Both the position numbers and the translations under genes were made by a program. A stretch of DNA of 64,000 nucleotides from Isurus oxyrinchus (lineage: Eukaryota), in assembly GCA_026770705.1 (NCBI GenBank), contig JANJGN010000100.1, forward strand, positions 1,612,001 through 1,676,000, given 5' to 3'. Positions 1 through 11,400 of this stretch are shown here, piece by piece. The first letter of the stretch is position 1; the number at the start of each line of letters is the position of its first letter. The notes beneath the pieces are model-generated. The model did no database searches. It saw only the letters and a list, made by a program, of their open reading frames with translations, and was not told the origin of the DNA.

Positions 1-332
1 GGAATGTGTATAAATACCGACGGGGGATTTGAGTGAGGAATGTGTATAAATACAGACGGGGGATTTGAGTGAGGAATGTGTATAAATACAGACGGGGGGT
101 TTGAGTGAGGTGTATAAATACAGACGGGGGATTTGAGTGAGGTGTATAAATACAGACGGGGGTTTGAGTGAGGTGTATAAATACAGACGGGGGATTTGAG
201 TGAGGTGTATAAATACAGTCAGGGGATTTGAGTGAGGTGTATAAATACAGACGGGGGATTTGAGTGAGGTGTATAAATACAGACGGGGGATTTGAGTGAG
301 GTGTATAAATACAGACGGGGGTTTGAGTGAGG
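1..332. repeat. ~32-37 bp minisatellite (GTGTATAAATACAGACGGGGGATTTGAGTGAG) next to the 5' end of a CR1 LINE
   Basis: About ten near-identical tandem copies read directly; the array runs off the window start. Confidence 0.95.
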
Positions 333-3300
333 AATGGGCTGTTTCACTGTTGCAGCTGCTGTGAGGCAGCAGGATTGGGCGGAAAGAAGCAACTGTGATG
401 TCACAGGAAGCTGGGACGTTGATTGGTCGGTAAGTGTTGAGTCTAAGGGACAGTGAGTGAGAAACCAGCTTAGGACAGGCAAATTCAGGTAGATCTGTAA
501 ATAAAAACAACTAAAACTTTACAATCATAAACCAAATTTTGAAAACTTTAAAATTCAAATAAAACAACAAAGATTTTAAACAAGCAGTAAAATAGAGTTA
601 CTTAAACAAACATTTAATATACATACCTTGGAGTTAAGAAGCATATAATCTTTAGTTGTCAGGGGTACTAGCATTCAGCAATCACAGTAAATTGTAGCAA
701 ACATAGGAAGAAAGTAATTAAAGTAAATTAACTAAATAACATAAGTTAGAATGGTAGGACAGGGGTTATGTTGCAGCTGTGGGAGCTTTTGGACACCAAG
801 GTGATCCATGACAAACACATCTGCAGGAAGCGTAAGCAGCTTGAGGAATTCCAGATCAGGATTTTTTATCTGGAAACCGAAATGCAGACACTGCGCAACA
901 TAAGGGACGGGGAGAAATACCTGGATACTTTGTTCCAGAAGACCTTAGAAGAGGGTCATCTGTTTGATCAGCAATGAGGGACAGGAGGATGTGACTGTTA
1001 GTGAGGCCGGTAATGGGACCGAGCAGGCAGGAGTGGAGGAGTCTCAGACTTTGCAAGTGTCAAACAGGTTTGAGGTGCTCACAACCTGTGTGATGAAAGT
1101 GAAATGTGCAAGGTGGATGAGCTGGCTGGCCATGACACTGTGGTACAGGAAGCCATTCACGCAGGGGGAGCAAAAAGGAATGTAGTGGTAGTAAGGGATA
1201 GTATAGTGAGGGGCATTGACACTGTTTTCTGCAGCAAAAAGTGAGAGTCCAGATGGCTGTGTTGCCTGCCCAGTGCCAGGGTTCGGGACATCTGCTCAGG
1301 GTTGGAGAGGGACTTGGAATGGGAGGGGGAGAATCCAGTTGTCGTGGTCCATGTACGTACCAATGACATAGGCAGAACTAGGAAAGAGGTTCTGTAAAGT
1401 CAGCATAAAGAGATAGGTACCAAATTATGTAGCACAAGCTCAAAGGTAATAATCTCTGGATTATTACCTGAGCCACATGCAAATTGGCATCGGGCAAATA
1501 AGATTAGACAGACTAATGCGTGGCTCAAAGAGTGGTGTGGGAGAACTGGGTTCTGGTTTGTGGGGCACTGGTATCAGTGCTGGGGGCAGTGGGGGCTGTA
1601 CCGTTGGGATGGTTTACACCTGAACCGTGTTGGGATGAGTGTCCTCGCAAATCACATAACCAGGGAAGTAGTGAGGGCTTTAAACTAAACAAGAGCGGTG
1701 AGGGATCAAGCTTGGGTAGAGGTAGCAATTCAAGGTGTAGAGTCAAGACAGGAGAGCAAAATAGTAATATGAGAAATGAGGTCAGAGAATGGCAGGAAAG
1801 GATTGAGAGAAAAAACCTCAGAATAAATCAACAGTCAAGACTAGATGTTACAACGGTAACAAAAAGACAAGACTGAAGGCTCTCTACCTGAATGCACATA
1901 GCATCCAAAACAAAGTAAATGAATTGATGACCCACACAGAAGTAAATAAATATGATCTGATAGTAATTATGGAGACGTGGCTGCAGGACTACTAAGATTG
2001 GGTCCTTAATAGTGAGGGGTACATGACATTCAAGAAGAATAGGAAGCTTGGTAAAGGTGGAGGGGTTGCATTGTTAGTCACAGAGGGCACTGGTGCAATA
2101 GTTAGAGATGACCTTGGATCAGGAGATCAGGATGTAGAATCGGTTTGGGTCGAGATGAGGAATAGTAGGGGAAAATAGTCATTAGTGGGAGTGATTGACG
2201 CGCCCCTAACAGCAGCCATAGTGTAGGACAAAGTATTCAAGAGAAAATATTGTGTGTTTGTGATAAAGGGACGGCAATAATTGTGGGTGATTTTAATCTA
2301 CACATTAACTGGAAAAGTCAGATTGGCAGTAATAGCCTGAATGAGGAGTTCTTAGAATGCTTTTGAGATAGTTTCTGAGAGCAGCATGTTCAGGAGCCAA
2401 TCAGAGAGCAGGTTATATTTGACTTGGTATTGTGTAATGTAACAGGATTAATTAATGACCTCAGAGTAAGGGCACTGCTAGGTAGCAGCGAGCACAATAT
2501 GGTTGAATTTTACATCCAGTCTGAAAGGGAGAAGTGTGGGTCAAAGACTAGTATCTTAAACTTAAATAAGGGCAACTATGTGGGGATGAAAGCTGAGCTA
2601 GCTGAAGTGAACTGGGAAACTAGCCTAGAGGATAGATCAAGAGAGAAGCAGTGGCAGACATTTAAGGGGATATTTCAGAGTATTTAGAATGAGTACATTC
2701 CTACCATAAAGAAAAATTATACGGGGAGAACCCATCATCTGTGGCTAACTAAAGAAGTTAAGGAAAGCATCAAGCTAAAGGAAAAAGAATACAACTCCAC
2801 AAAGGTGAGCGGCAGGACAGATGATTGGATACAATATAAAGAACAGTCGAAAATGGCTAAAAGGTTACTCAGGAGAAAGAAATTAGAGTGTGAGTGGAAG
2901 TTTGCTAGAAATGTAAAAATGGATAGCAAGTGTTTCTACAGGTGTTTAAAAAGGAAAAGAGTGAGCAAAGTGAGTGTTGGTCCTCTAGAGGGTGACAGTG
3001 GGGAGTTAATAGTGGATAAGGAAATGGTGGAAGAAATGAACAATATTTTGCTTCTGTGTTCAATATAGAAGATACAAAAACACTCCAGTAATAGCTGCAA
3101 ATCAGGAGGTGAACAGGAGAAAGGAACTTGGTGAAATTGAAATCACGGGAAATGGTCCTAAGAAAATCGATGGAACTTCAGACTGCCAAGTCTCTGGGAC
3201 CCAATGAACTACATCCTGGGGTCTTAAAAGGGATGGCTAATGACGTAATTGGCTGGTGTTAATTTTCCAAAATTCGCTCGATTCTGGAAAGGTTCCATCA

Positions 3301-4740
3301 GATTGGAAAGTACCAAATATAACCCTTCTATTCAAGAAGGGAGGGAGGCTGAAAACAGGAAACTATAGGCCAGTTAGCTTAACGTCTATTGTGGGGATGT
3401 TATCAGAATCAATCACTGGGCACTTAGAAGAGCTCAAGGCAACTGGGAAGAGTCAGCATGGTTTTGTGAAAGGAAAATCATGTTTAACCAATTTATTAGA
3501 GATTTGTTTGAAGGAGTAACATGCGCAATGGATAAAGGGGAGCCTGTAGATGTACAGTACTTGGATTTCCAGAAGGCATTTGATAAGGTGCCACAGCAAA
3601 GATTATTATGGAAAATAAAAGTGCATGGTGTAGGGGGTAACTTATTAGCGTGGATAGGAGATTGGCTGGCTCACAGAAAGTAGTGAGTATGTGTAAATTG
3701 GTCTTTTTCTGATTGGCAGGATGTGACGAATGGAGTCCCACAGGGATCTGTATTGGGGCCTCAGCTTTTTATGATTTATATCAATGACCTAGATGAGGGG
3801 AGTGAAGACATGGTCGCTAAATTGGCAGATGGCACATAGGTAGAAATGTATGTTGTGAAGATGACATGAGGAGGTTGCAGATGGATGTAGATAGGTTGAA
3901 TGAGTGGCCAAAGATCTGGCAAATGGAGGGAAATGTGGGAAAATGTGAAGTTGGTCACTTTGGCAGGAAAACAAAAAAGCAGAGTGTTGCTTAAATGGAG
4001 AATGGCTGCATAATTCTGAGGTGCAGAGGGACCTAGGTGTTCTAGTAAATGAGTCACAAAAAGTTAGTATGCAGGTACAGCAAGTAATTAATAAGGCGAA
4101 TGGAAACTATCCTTTGTTAGGAGAGGGGTTGAAGATAAAAGTAAGGATGTTATGCTTCAGTTATACAGGACCGCACCTTGAATACTGTGCGCAGTTTTGG
4201 TCTCCTTATTTAAGGAAGGATATAAATACATTGGAGGCAGTTCAAAGGATGTTCACTAGATTGATGCCTGGAATGAGTGGGCTGTCTTATGAGGAAAGAT
4301 TGGACAGACTGGGCTTGTTTCCACTGGAGTTTAGAAGAGTGAGGAGTGATTTGATTGAAGTATACAAGATCCTGAACGGCCTTGACAAGGTGGACATGGA
4401 AAGGATGTTTCCTCTTGTGGGTGAGTCCAGAACGAGAGGGCACTGTTTCAAAATGAGGGGGTTGCCCTTTCAGGACAGAGATGAGGAGAATTTTTTTTCT
4501 CTCAGAGGGATGTGAGAATGGGAACTCTCTGCCTCAGAAGGCGGTGAAGGCGCAATCATTGAATATTTTTAAGACAGAGGTAAATAGATTCTTGATAAGC
4601 AAGGGAATCAAAGGTTATCGAGGTTAGATGGGAATGTGGAAATTCAAGCACAAGAAGATCAGCCATGATCTTATTGAATGGCACAGCAAACTTGAGAGGC
4701 CAAATGGTCTGCTCCCGTTCCTATTCCATATGTTCTTATG
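333..4740 (+). mobile_element. Near full-length, degenerate CR1 LINE (ORF1 with SGNH esterase, ORF2 APE endonuclease + RT, 3' UTR)
   Basis: ORF1 esterase remnants (RDSIVRGID, CCLP, VVHVRTNDIG) at ~1190-1370. APE remnants at 1880-2520. RT motifs NYRPVSLTS, QHGFVKGKSC, YLDFQKAFDKVP and [10 protein letters not shown], then C-terminal PHLEYCAQFWSP...LFPLEFRRVRSDLIEVYKIL. CR1-type tail ending TATGTTCTTATG at 4740. Many stops and frameshifts. Confidence 0.92.
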
Positions 4741-5338
4741 GTGTCTCTCCAGTGTGAATTCGCTGGTGTATTCGCAAGCGGGATGACTGAGTGAAACTCT
4801 TCCCACACTCAGAGCAGGTGAATGGTCTCTCTCCATTGTGAAACTGCTGGTGTCTCAGCAGGCCGAATGGCTGAGTGGATCCCTTCCCACATTCGGAACA
4901 GGTGAACGGTCTCTCTCCACTGTGAACTCGCTGGTGTATCAGCAGGTCAGATGACTGAGTGAATCCCTTCCCACACTCAGAGCAGGTGAATGGTCTCTCT
5001 CCACTGTGAACTCGCTGGTGTATCAGCAGGTCAGATGTCTGAGTGAACCCCTTCCCACACTCGGAGCAGGTGAACGACCTCTCCCCACTGTGAACCCGCC
5101 GGTGTCTCAGCAGGTCAGATGACTGAGTGAATCCCTTCCAACACTCAGAGCAGACGAATGGTCTCTCCCCATTGTGAATTCGCTGGTGTGTTCGCAGGTT
5201 GGTTGAGGAAGTGAATCCCTTCCCACACTTGGAGCAGGTGAATGGCCTCTCCCTAGTGTGACTGTATCGATGGATATCCTGCTGGGATGGGTAATTGAAT
5301 CCTTTCCCACAGCCCTCACATTTCCACGGTTTTTCCAT
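4736..5338 (-). CDS. C2H2 zinc-finger gene ZNF-A, 7 fingers; 3' end truncated by the CR1 insertion, upstream fingers degenerate (possible pseudogene)
   Basis: Seven CxxC-x12-HxxxH fingers with H(T/S/N)GERPF linkers. The ORF ends HTGETP* inside the CR1 tail. 5340-5600 holds finger relics with stops. Splice acceptor TTTTACAG near 5700. Confidence 0.8.
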   Translation of the reverse strand: MEKPWKCEGCGKGFNYPSQQDIHRYSHTRERPFTCSKCGKGFTSSTNLRTHQRIHNGERPFVCSECWKGFTQSSDLLRHRRVHSGERSFTCSECGKGFTQTSDLLIHQRVHSGERPFTCSECGKGFTQSSDLLIHQRVHSGERPFTCSECGKGSTQPFGLLRHQQFHNGERPFTCSECGKSFTQSSRLRIHQRIHTGETP

Positions 5339-6089
5339 GGTTCAAGTCTCCCTGTGTCTCTTCAGGTTTAATGATCAGTTGAATCCTTGTCCACAAAGAA
5401 CACGTGTACAATTTCCCCCTGCTGCGAATGGTGTGATGTTATTTCAGGCTGTGTAACTGGTTAAAGCTCTTTCCACAGTCAGTTCACTGGAACACTCTCA
5501 CTCGAGTGTGTGTGTGTCTCGGTGCTTTTCCAGACACACTGATGTTTGAAATATTTTCCCACAGACAGAACAAACATTTCTCCTTCCACATTCAAAGATG
5601 ATAATATTCAGGTCCTGATGAATCGAGTGACTCTGTCAGATCTTGATGTGATGTTTGGTTTGAGTTCCCCCTCTGTAAATCCTCCCCTTCCAATACCCTG
5701 TAAAAGGAGTTTACAAAAGTCATCACTGTAAGAACAGGATAGAAATTCAGAGCAGACAATTCTCATTTCTATGGAACATTATTTCCTGTCTTCTTCTCCC
5801 AAAGCTGCAAATCCCTGTCCCACACACTCTCCCTCCTCCCTGTGCTGAAACCCATCAGAGTTTTGGATAATTCTTCCTGTATCTTTTTAACAAATTCATC
5901 CAACTGAAGATAACAATATGTTTCATCATTCACTTCAGTCATTACTCGTGACAAAACATTAATCTGAAACCCCCTGACGGACCTTACAGAATAGCAGACG
6001 TTAACCTTGCGTCCAAAACTTACTGTGTGGAGATTTAATGAGTGATTGTGAAGGTGGTTTCTTCAAACCTCCCAGGATTTCCTTCCTTC

Positions 6090-6860
6090 TCTCCCTCTCT
6101 AACTATGTTAAACCTGGGATCAGTCTCATGGTCTAATCTGGATACTGCTTCTCTTCCTGATGACTAATTAACTCCAATTAAACACTGAGAAGACTGAAGA
6201 CACTGTTTTCAGTCCCTGCTCCAATATCTATTCCCATCCTTCTCCCTGGGAACAGTCTGAGATTAAACCAGTCTGTTCGTAAACTTTGTGTTACATTTGA
6301 TCTCAAGATCAGATTCTGACCTCATATCTGTGCCATCACTAAAATCGCCTGTTTCCACCTCTGTAACATTACCCGCCCTCACCCTGTCTCACTGCATCTG
6401 CTGCTGAAACCCTCATCACTGCCGTTGTTACCTCCAGACTTGAACGACTATCCCAACACACTCCTGGCTGGTCTCCCACATTCTACTCTCCGTAAACATG
6501 AAGCCATCCAAAAGTCTGCTGTCCATGTCTTCACTCGTAGCAAGTCCTGTTCCTCTGTCACCCATTTGCTTCCTGACCTGCCTTGGATGCCGGTCAAGCA
6601 ACAGCTTGATGTTAAAATTCTCATCCTTGTTTTCAAATCCCTCCATGGCCTCGCCCCTCCCTATCTCTGTAATCTCCTCCAGCCCCACAACCCTCTGAGA
6701 TATCTGTACTGCTTGAATTCTGGAAACTTGTACATTCTCCATTTTAATCGCTCCAGCATTAATGACCTGGCTTTAGGTTCCCTCATTCCCAAACTCTGAA
6801 ATTTTCTACCTGCACCACTCCCTCTGTCGAACACATTTTCCCCCTTTAAGACACTTGAGC
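6090..6860 (+). mobile_element. L2-type LINE ORF2 C-terminal fragment
   Basis: Translates to DYPNTLLAGLP...IQKSAVHVFTR...LPWMPVKQQLDVKILILVFKSLHGLAPPYL, typical of the L2 ORF2 3' end. Confidence 0.8.
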
Positions 6861-7164
6861 TAAAAAAAGAGACATTCTGTCAAAACCTTGTATCTTGTAC
6901 TCATCAGGACAGAGGCAAGAACATCAAATTTCAGAGATTATCAATCGGGCTCATAACGTGGCTCACTTATACTTGTTAGAGCTACATATATTCTTGCACA
7001 GGGAACCGTCCACTGCAGGTGCATGTCCAGGGATGGGTTTTTTTTGTTGAATTAAACAAAAACATGGATCATGAGAGCTCTTTGGTGCATTCTCCATGGT
7101 GATGCCTTGACCAATCAGAGCTGACTGGCCAAACCAGTCAACACCCTTTCCTCGTGCAGCATCA

Positions 7165-7765
7165 ATTGTTCCAGTGAAGCCCAACGCAAACTGGAGGAAC
7201 AACACCTCATCTTCCGACTAGGCACCTTACAGCCTTCCGGTCTGAATATTGAATTCAATAACTTTAGGTCGTGAGCTCCCTCCCCCATCCCCACCCCCTT
7301 TCTGTTTCCCCCTTTTTTTCCCCCTTTTTTTTTCCCTATAAATTTTACAGATTTTTCTTTTCCCACTTATTTTTAAATATTTTAAAATCTTTTATGCTCC
7401 CCCCACCCCCACTAGAGCTGTACCTTGAGTGCCCTACCATCCATTCTTAATTAGCACATTCGTTTAGATAATATCACCAACTTTAACTTTAACACCTATG
7501 TGTTCTTTTGTACCATTGTCACTGACATCTTTTGATGATCTGTTGTCTATCACTGCTTGTTTGTCTACACAAGCACCTCTCTCTCTCTCTCTCTCCCCCC
7601 CCCCCCCCCACACACACACCTTAAACCAGCTTATATTTCAACTCTTTCCTGGACTCGAAATCAAGTTCTGTCGAAGGGTCATGAGGACTCGAAACGTCAA
7701 CTCTTTTCTTCTCCGCCGATGCTGCCAGACCTGCTGAGTTTTTCCAGGTAATTCTGTTTTTGTTA
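7165..7765 (+). mobile_element. Penelope-like element 3' fragment (end of GIY-YIG endonuclease + 3' UTR/pLTR with hammerhead motif)
   Basis: SEAQRKLEEQHLIFRLGTLQPSGLNIEFNNFRS* (stop 7272-7274) matches the Penelope endonuclease C-terminus. The UTR ends with GATGCTGCCAGACCTGCTGAG, shared with other copies in the window. Confidence 0.8.
7664..7702 (+). ncRNA. Minimal type I hammerhead ribozyme-like motif with variant core CUGUCGA
   Basis: AGTT-CTGTCGA-A-GGGTC-ATGAG-GACTC-GAA-ACGT-C-AACT. Stem I is AGUU/AACU, stem II is GGGUC/GACUC, stem III is the palindrome ACGU, and the GUC cleavage triplet ends at 7698. Confidence 0.6.
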
Positions 7766-7974
7766 TCAATTGTTGTTCGCTGAGTAATTTGTTTTTTTGC
7801 ATCTATCCGGGTGACTGCAACATGAAATATCAGCAATATGTCTCCCTTTCTCAGCAATCCTTAAATTCTGTACCGCTGAGTGACTGTGGGTTTATAATTC
7901 TCTTGTTGCTGATCTAAAACTCCTGGTGAACACACATTTTATGAACGTCTCTCACGAGCTGTTGCTCATTTTCG

Positions 7975-8465
7975 CGGTGAGGATGGCGGCCGCGCATGCG
8001 CACTATAGCACATTGGCCCATCGAGATGGCGGCCGCGCATGCGCGCATCCCCACATTTCCCCTACAAATATGGCAGCCGCGCATGCGCCCAATACTCCAT
8101 TGCCCCTATAAACACGGCCGTTAACCCGGGCCTTTCTCCCGCAACACCGAGCAAACCCGGGACCGGTGACTCCTTATTGAGGGTTTGGGGCCAACACCGT
8201 GAGTTTATGAAGCTTCCAAATTCACCCGTCAGTTCACGGGTTTATTTTCGGTTCTGCGTCCGCACTCGGACCTTGTAAAATCCACATTTTAAATCAAGTC
8301 GCTCGAGCTCCCGTCTGTTTCCACGCACTGCGCATATTCCGACTCCAAATGATTGGCGGCAGCTCCGGACCAATAGGAAGAAGGGGCGGGGTTGGAGGAC
8401 CGGGCGGAGCCTGCTGGGAGTGGAGCATGCGCAGTGTGGGCGGGAGACAGGGACGAAGGCGGTGA
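7975..8465. promoter_or_regulatory. CpG-rich, probably bidirectional promoter between ZNF-A (-) and ZNF-B (+)
   Basis: Three GCGCATGCGC (NRF1) palindromes at 7992, 8035 and 8079, each preceded by a YY1-like (G/T)ATGGC(G/A)GC. ATTGG/CCAAT boxes near 8352 and 8370, a GC box near 8383, and GCATGCGCAGT near 8425. Confidence 0.7.
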
Positions 8466-8469
8466 AATG

Positions 8470-11400
8470 TTTTTTCCAATAATTTATACAGATTTTTCTT
8501 TTCCCACATATTTCCATTGTTTAAATTTATTTCCATCCATTGTTTTATCTCCAGCTTTCAGCCTGTTTCACCCCACCCCACCCCCACTAGGGCTATCTGT
8601 ACCTTCACCCCACCCCCCACTAGGGCTATCTGTACCTTCCCCCCACCCCACCCCCACTAGGGCTATCTGTACCTTCACCCCCACCCCCACTAGGGCTATC
8701 TGTACGTTCACCCCACCCCACCCCCACTAGGGCTATCTGTACCTTCACCCCACCCCACCCCCTCTAGGGCTATCTGTACCTTCACCCCACCCCCCACTAG
8801 GGCTATCTGTACCTTCACCCCCACCCCCACTAGGGCTATCTGTACATTCACCCCACCCCCACTAGGGCTATCTGTACCTTCACCCCACCCCCACTAGGGC
8901 TCTCTGTACCTTCACCCCACCCCCACTAGGGCTATCTGTACCTTCACCCCACCCCCACTAGGGCTATCTGTACCTTCACCCCACCCCCACTAGGGCTATC
9001 TGTACCTTCACCCCACCCCCACTAGGGCTATCTGTACCTTCACCCCACCCCCACTAGGGCTATCTGTACCTTCACCCCACCCCCACTAGGGCTATCTGTA
9101 CCTTCACCCCACCCCCACTAGGGCTATCTGTACCTTCACCCCACCCCTACTAGGGCTATCTGTGCCTTCACCCCACCCCCACTAGGGCTATCTGTACCTT
9201 CACCCCACCCCCACTAGGGCTATCTGTACCTTCACCCCACCCCCACTAGGGCTATCTGTACCTTCACCCCACCCCCACTAGGGCTATCTGTACCTTCACC
9301 CCACCCCACCCCCACTAGAGCTATCTGTACCTTCACCCCACCCCCACTAGGACTATCTGTACCTTCACCCCGCCCCACCCCCACTAGGGCTATCTGTACC
9401 TTCACCCCACCCCCACTAGGGCTATCTGTACCTTCACCCCCACCCCACCCCCACTAGGGCTATCTGTACCTTCACCCCCACCCCACCCCCACTAGGGCTA
9501 TCTGTACCTTCACCCCACCCCACCCCCACTAGGGCTATCTGTACCTTCACCCCACCCCACCGCACCCCCACTAGGGCTATCTGTACCTTCACCCCACCCC
9601 ACCCCACCCCCACTAGGGATATCTGTACCTTCACCCCACCCCAACCCACCCCCACTAGGGCTATCTGTACCTTCACCCCACCCCCACTAGGGCTATCTGT
9701 ACCTTCACCCCACCCCCACTAGGGCTATCTGTACCTTCACCCCACCCCCACTAGGGCTATCTGTACCTTCACCCCACCCCCACTAGGGCTATCTGTACCT
9801 TCACCCCACCCCCACTAGGGCTCTCTGTACCTTCACCCCACCCCCACTAGGGCTCTCTGTACCTTCACCCCACCCCCACTAGGGCTCTCTGTACCTTCAC
9901 CCCACCCCCACTAGGGCTCTCTGTACCTTCACCCCACCCCCACTAGGGCTATCTGTACCTTCACCCCCGCCCCACCCCCACTAGGGCTATCTGTACCTTC
10001 ACCCCCGCCCCACCCCCACTAGGGCTATCTGTACCTTCACCCCACCCCACCCCCACTAGGGCTATCTGTACCTTCACCCCACCCCCGCCCTCACTAGGGC
10101 TATCTGTACCTTCACCCCACCCCCGCCCTCACTAGGGCTATCTGTACCTTCACCCCACCCCCGCCCTCACTAGGGCTATCTGTACCTTCACTCCACCCTC
10201 ACTAGGGCTATCTGTACCTTCACCCCATCCCACCCCCACTAGGGCTATCTGTACCTTCACCCCATCCCACTCCCACTAGGGCTCTCTGTACCTTCACCCC
10301 ACCCCACCCCCACTAGGGCTATCTGTACCTTCACCCCACCCCACCCCCACCAGGGCTATCTGTACCTTCACCCCACCCCCCACTAGGGCTATCTGTACCT
10401 TCACGCCCACCCCCCCCCCCCACCCCCCACTAGGGCTATCTGTACCTTCACGCCCACCCCCACTAGGGCTATCTGTACCTTCACGCCCACCCCCACTAGG
10501 GCTATCTGTACCTTCACGCCCACCCCCACTAGGGCTATCTGTACCTTCACGCCCACCCCCACTAGGGCTATCTGTACCTTCACGCCCACCCCCACTAGGG
10601 CTATCTGTACCTTCACGCCCACCCCCACTAGGGCTATCTGTACCTTCACGCCCACCCCCACTAGGGCTATCTGTACCTTCACGCCCACTCCCACTAGGGC
10701 TATCTGTACCTTCACGCCCACCCCCACTAGGGCTATCTGTACCTTGACCCCCACCCCCACTAGGGCTATCTGTACCTTCACGCCCACCCCCACTAGGGCT
10801 ATCTGTACCTTCACGCCCACCCCCACTAGGGCTATCTGTACCTTCACGCCCACCCCCACTAGGGCTATCTGTACCTTCACGCCCACCCCCACTAGGGCTA
10901 TCTGTACCTTCACGCCCACCCCCACTAGGGCTATCTGTACCTTCACGCCCACCCCCACTAGGGCTATCTGTACCTTCACGCCCACCCCCACTAGGGCTAT
11001 CTGTACCTTCACGCCCACCCCCACTAGGGCTATCTGTACCTTCACGCCCACCCGCACTAGGGCTATCTGTACCTTCACGCCCACCCCCACTAGGGCTATC
11101 TGTACCTTCACGCCCACCCCCACTAGGGCTATCTGTACCTTCACGCCCACCCCCACTAGGGCTATCTGTACCTTCACGCCCACCCCCACTAGGGCTATCT
11201 GTACCTTCACGCCCACCCCCACTAGGGCTATCTGTACCTTCACGCCCACCCCCACTAGGGCTATCTGTACCTTCACGCCCACCCCCACTAGGGCTATCTG
11301 TACCTTCACGCCCACCCCCACTAGGGCTATCTGTACCTTCACGCCCACCCCCACTAGGGCTATCTGTACCTTCACGCCCACCCCCACTAGGGCTATCTGT

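Noticed and set aside
6870-6912. Minus-strand CTGATGAGT hammerhead candidate
   Set aside because: The GAAA half of the core is missing; at most a decayed relic.
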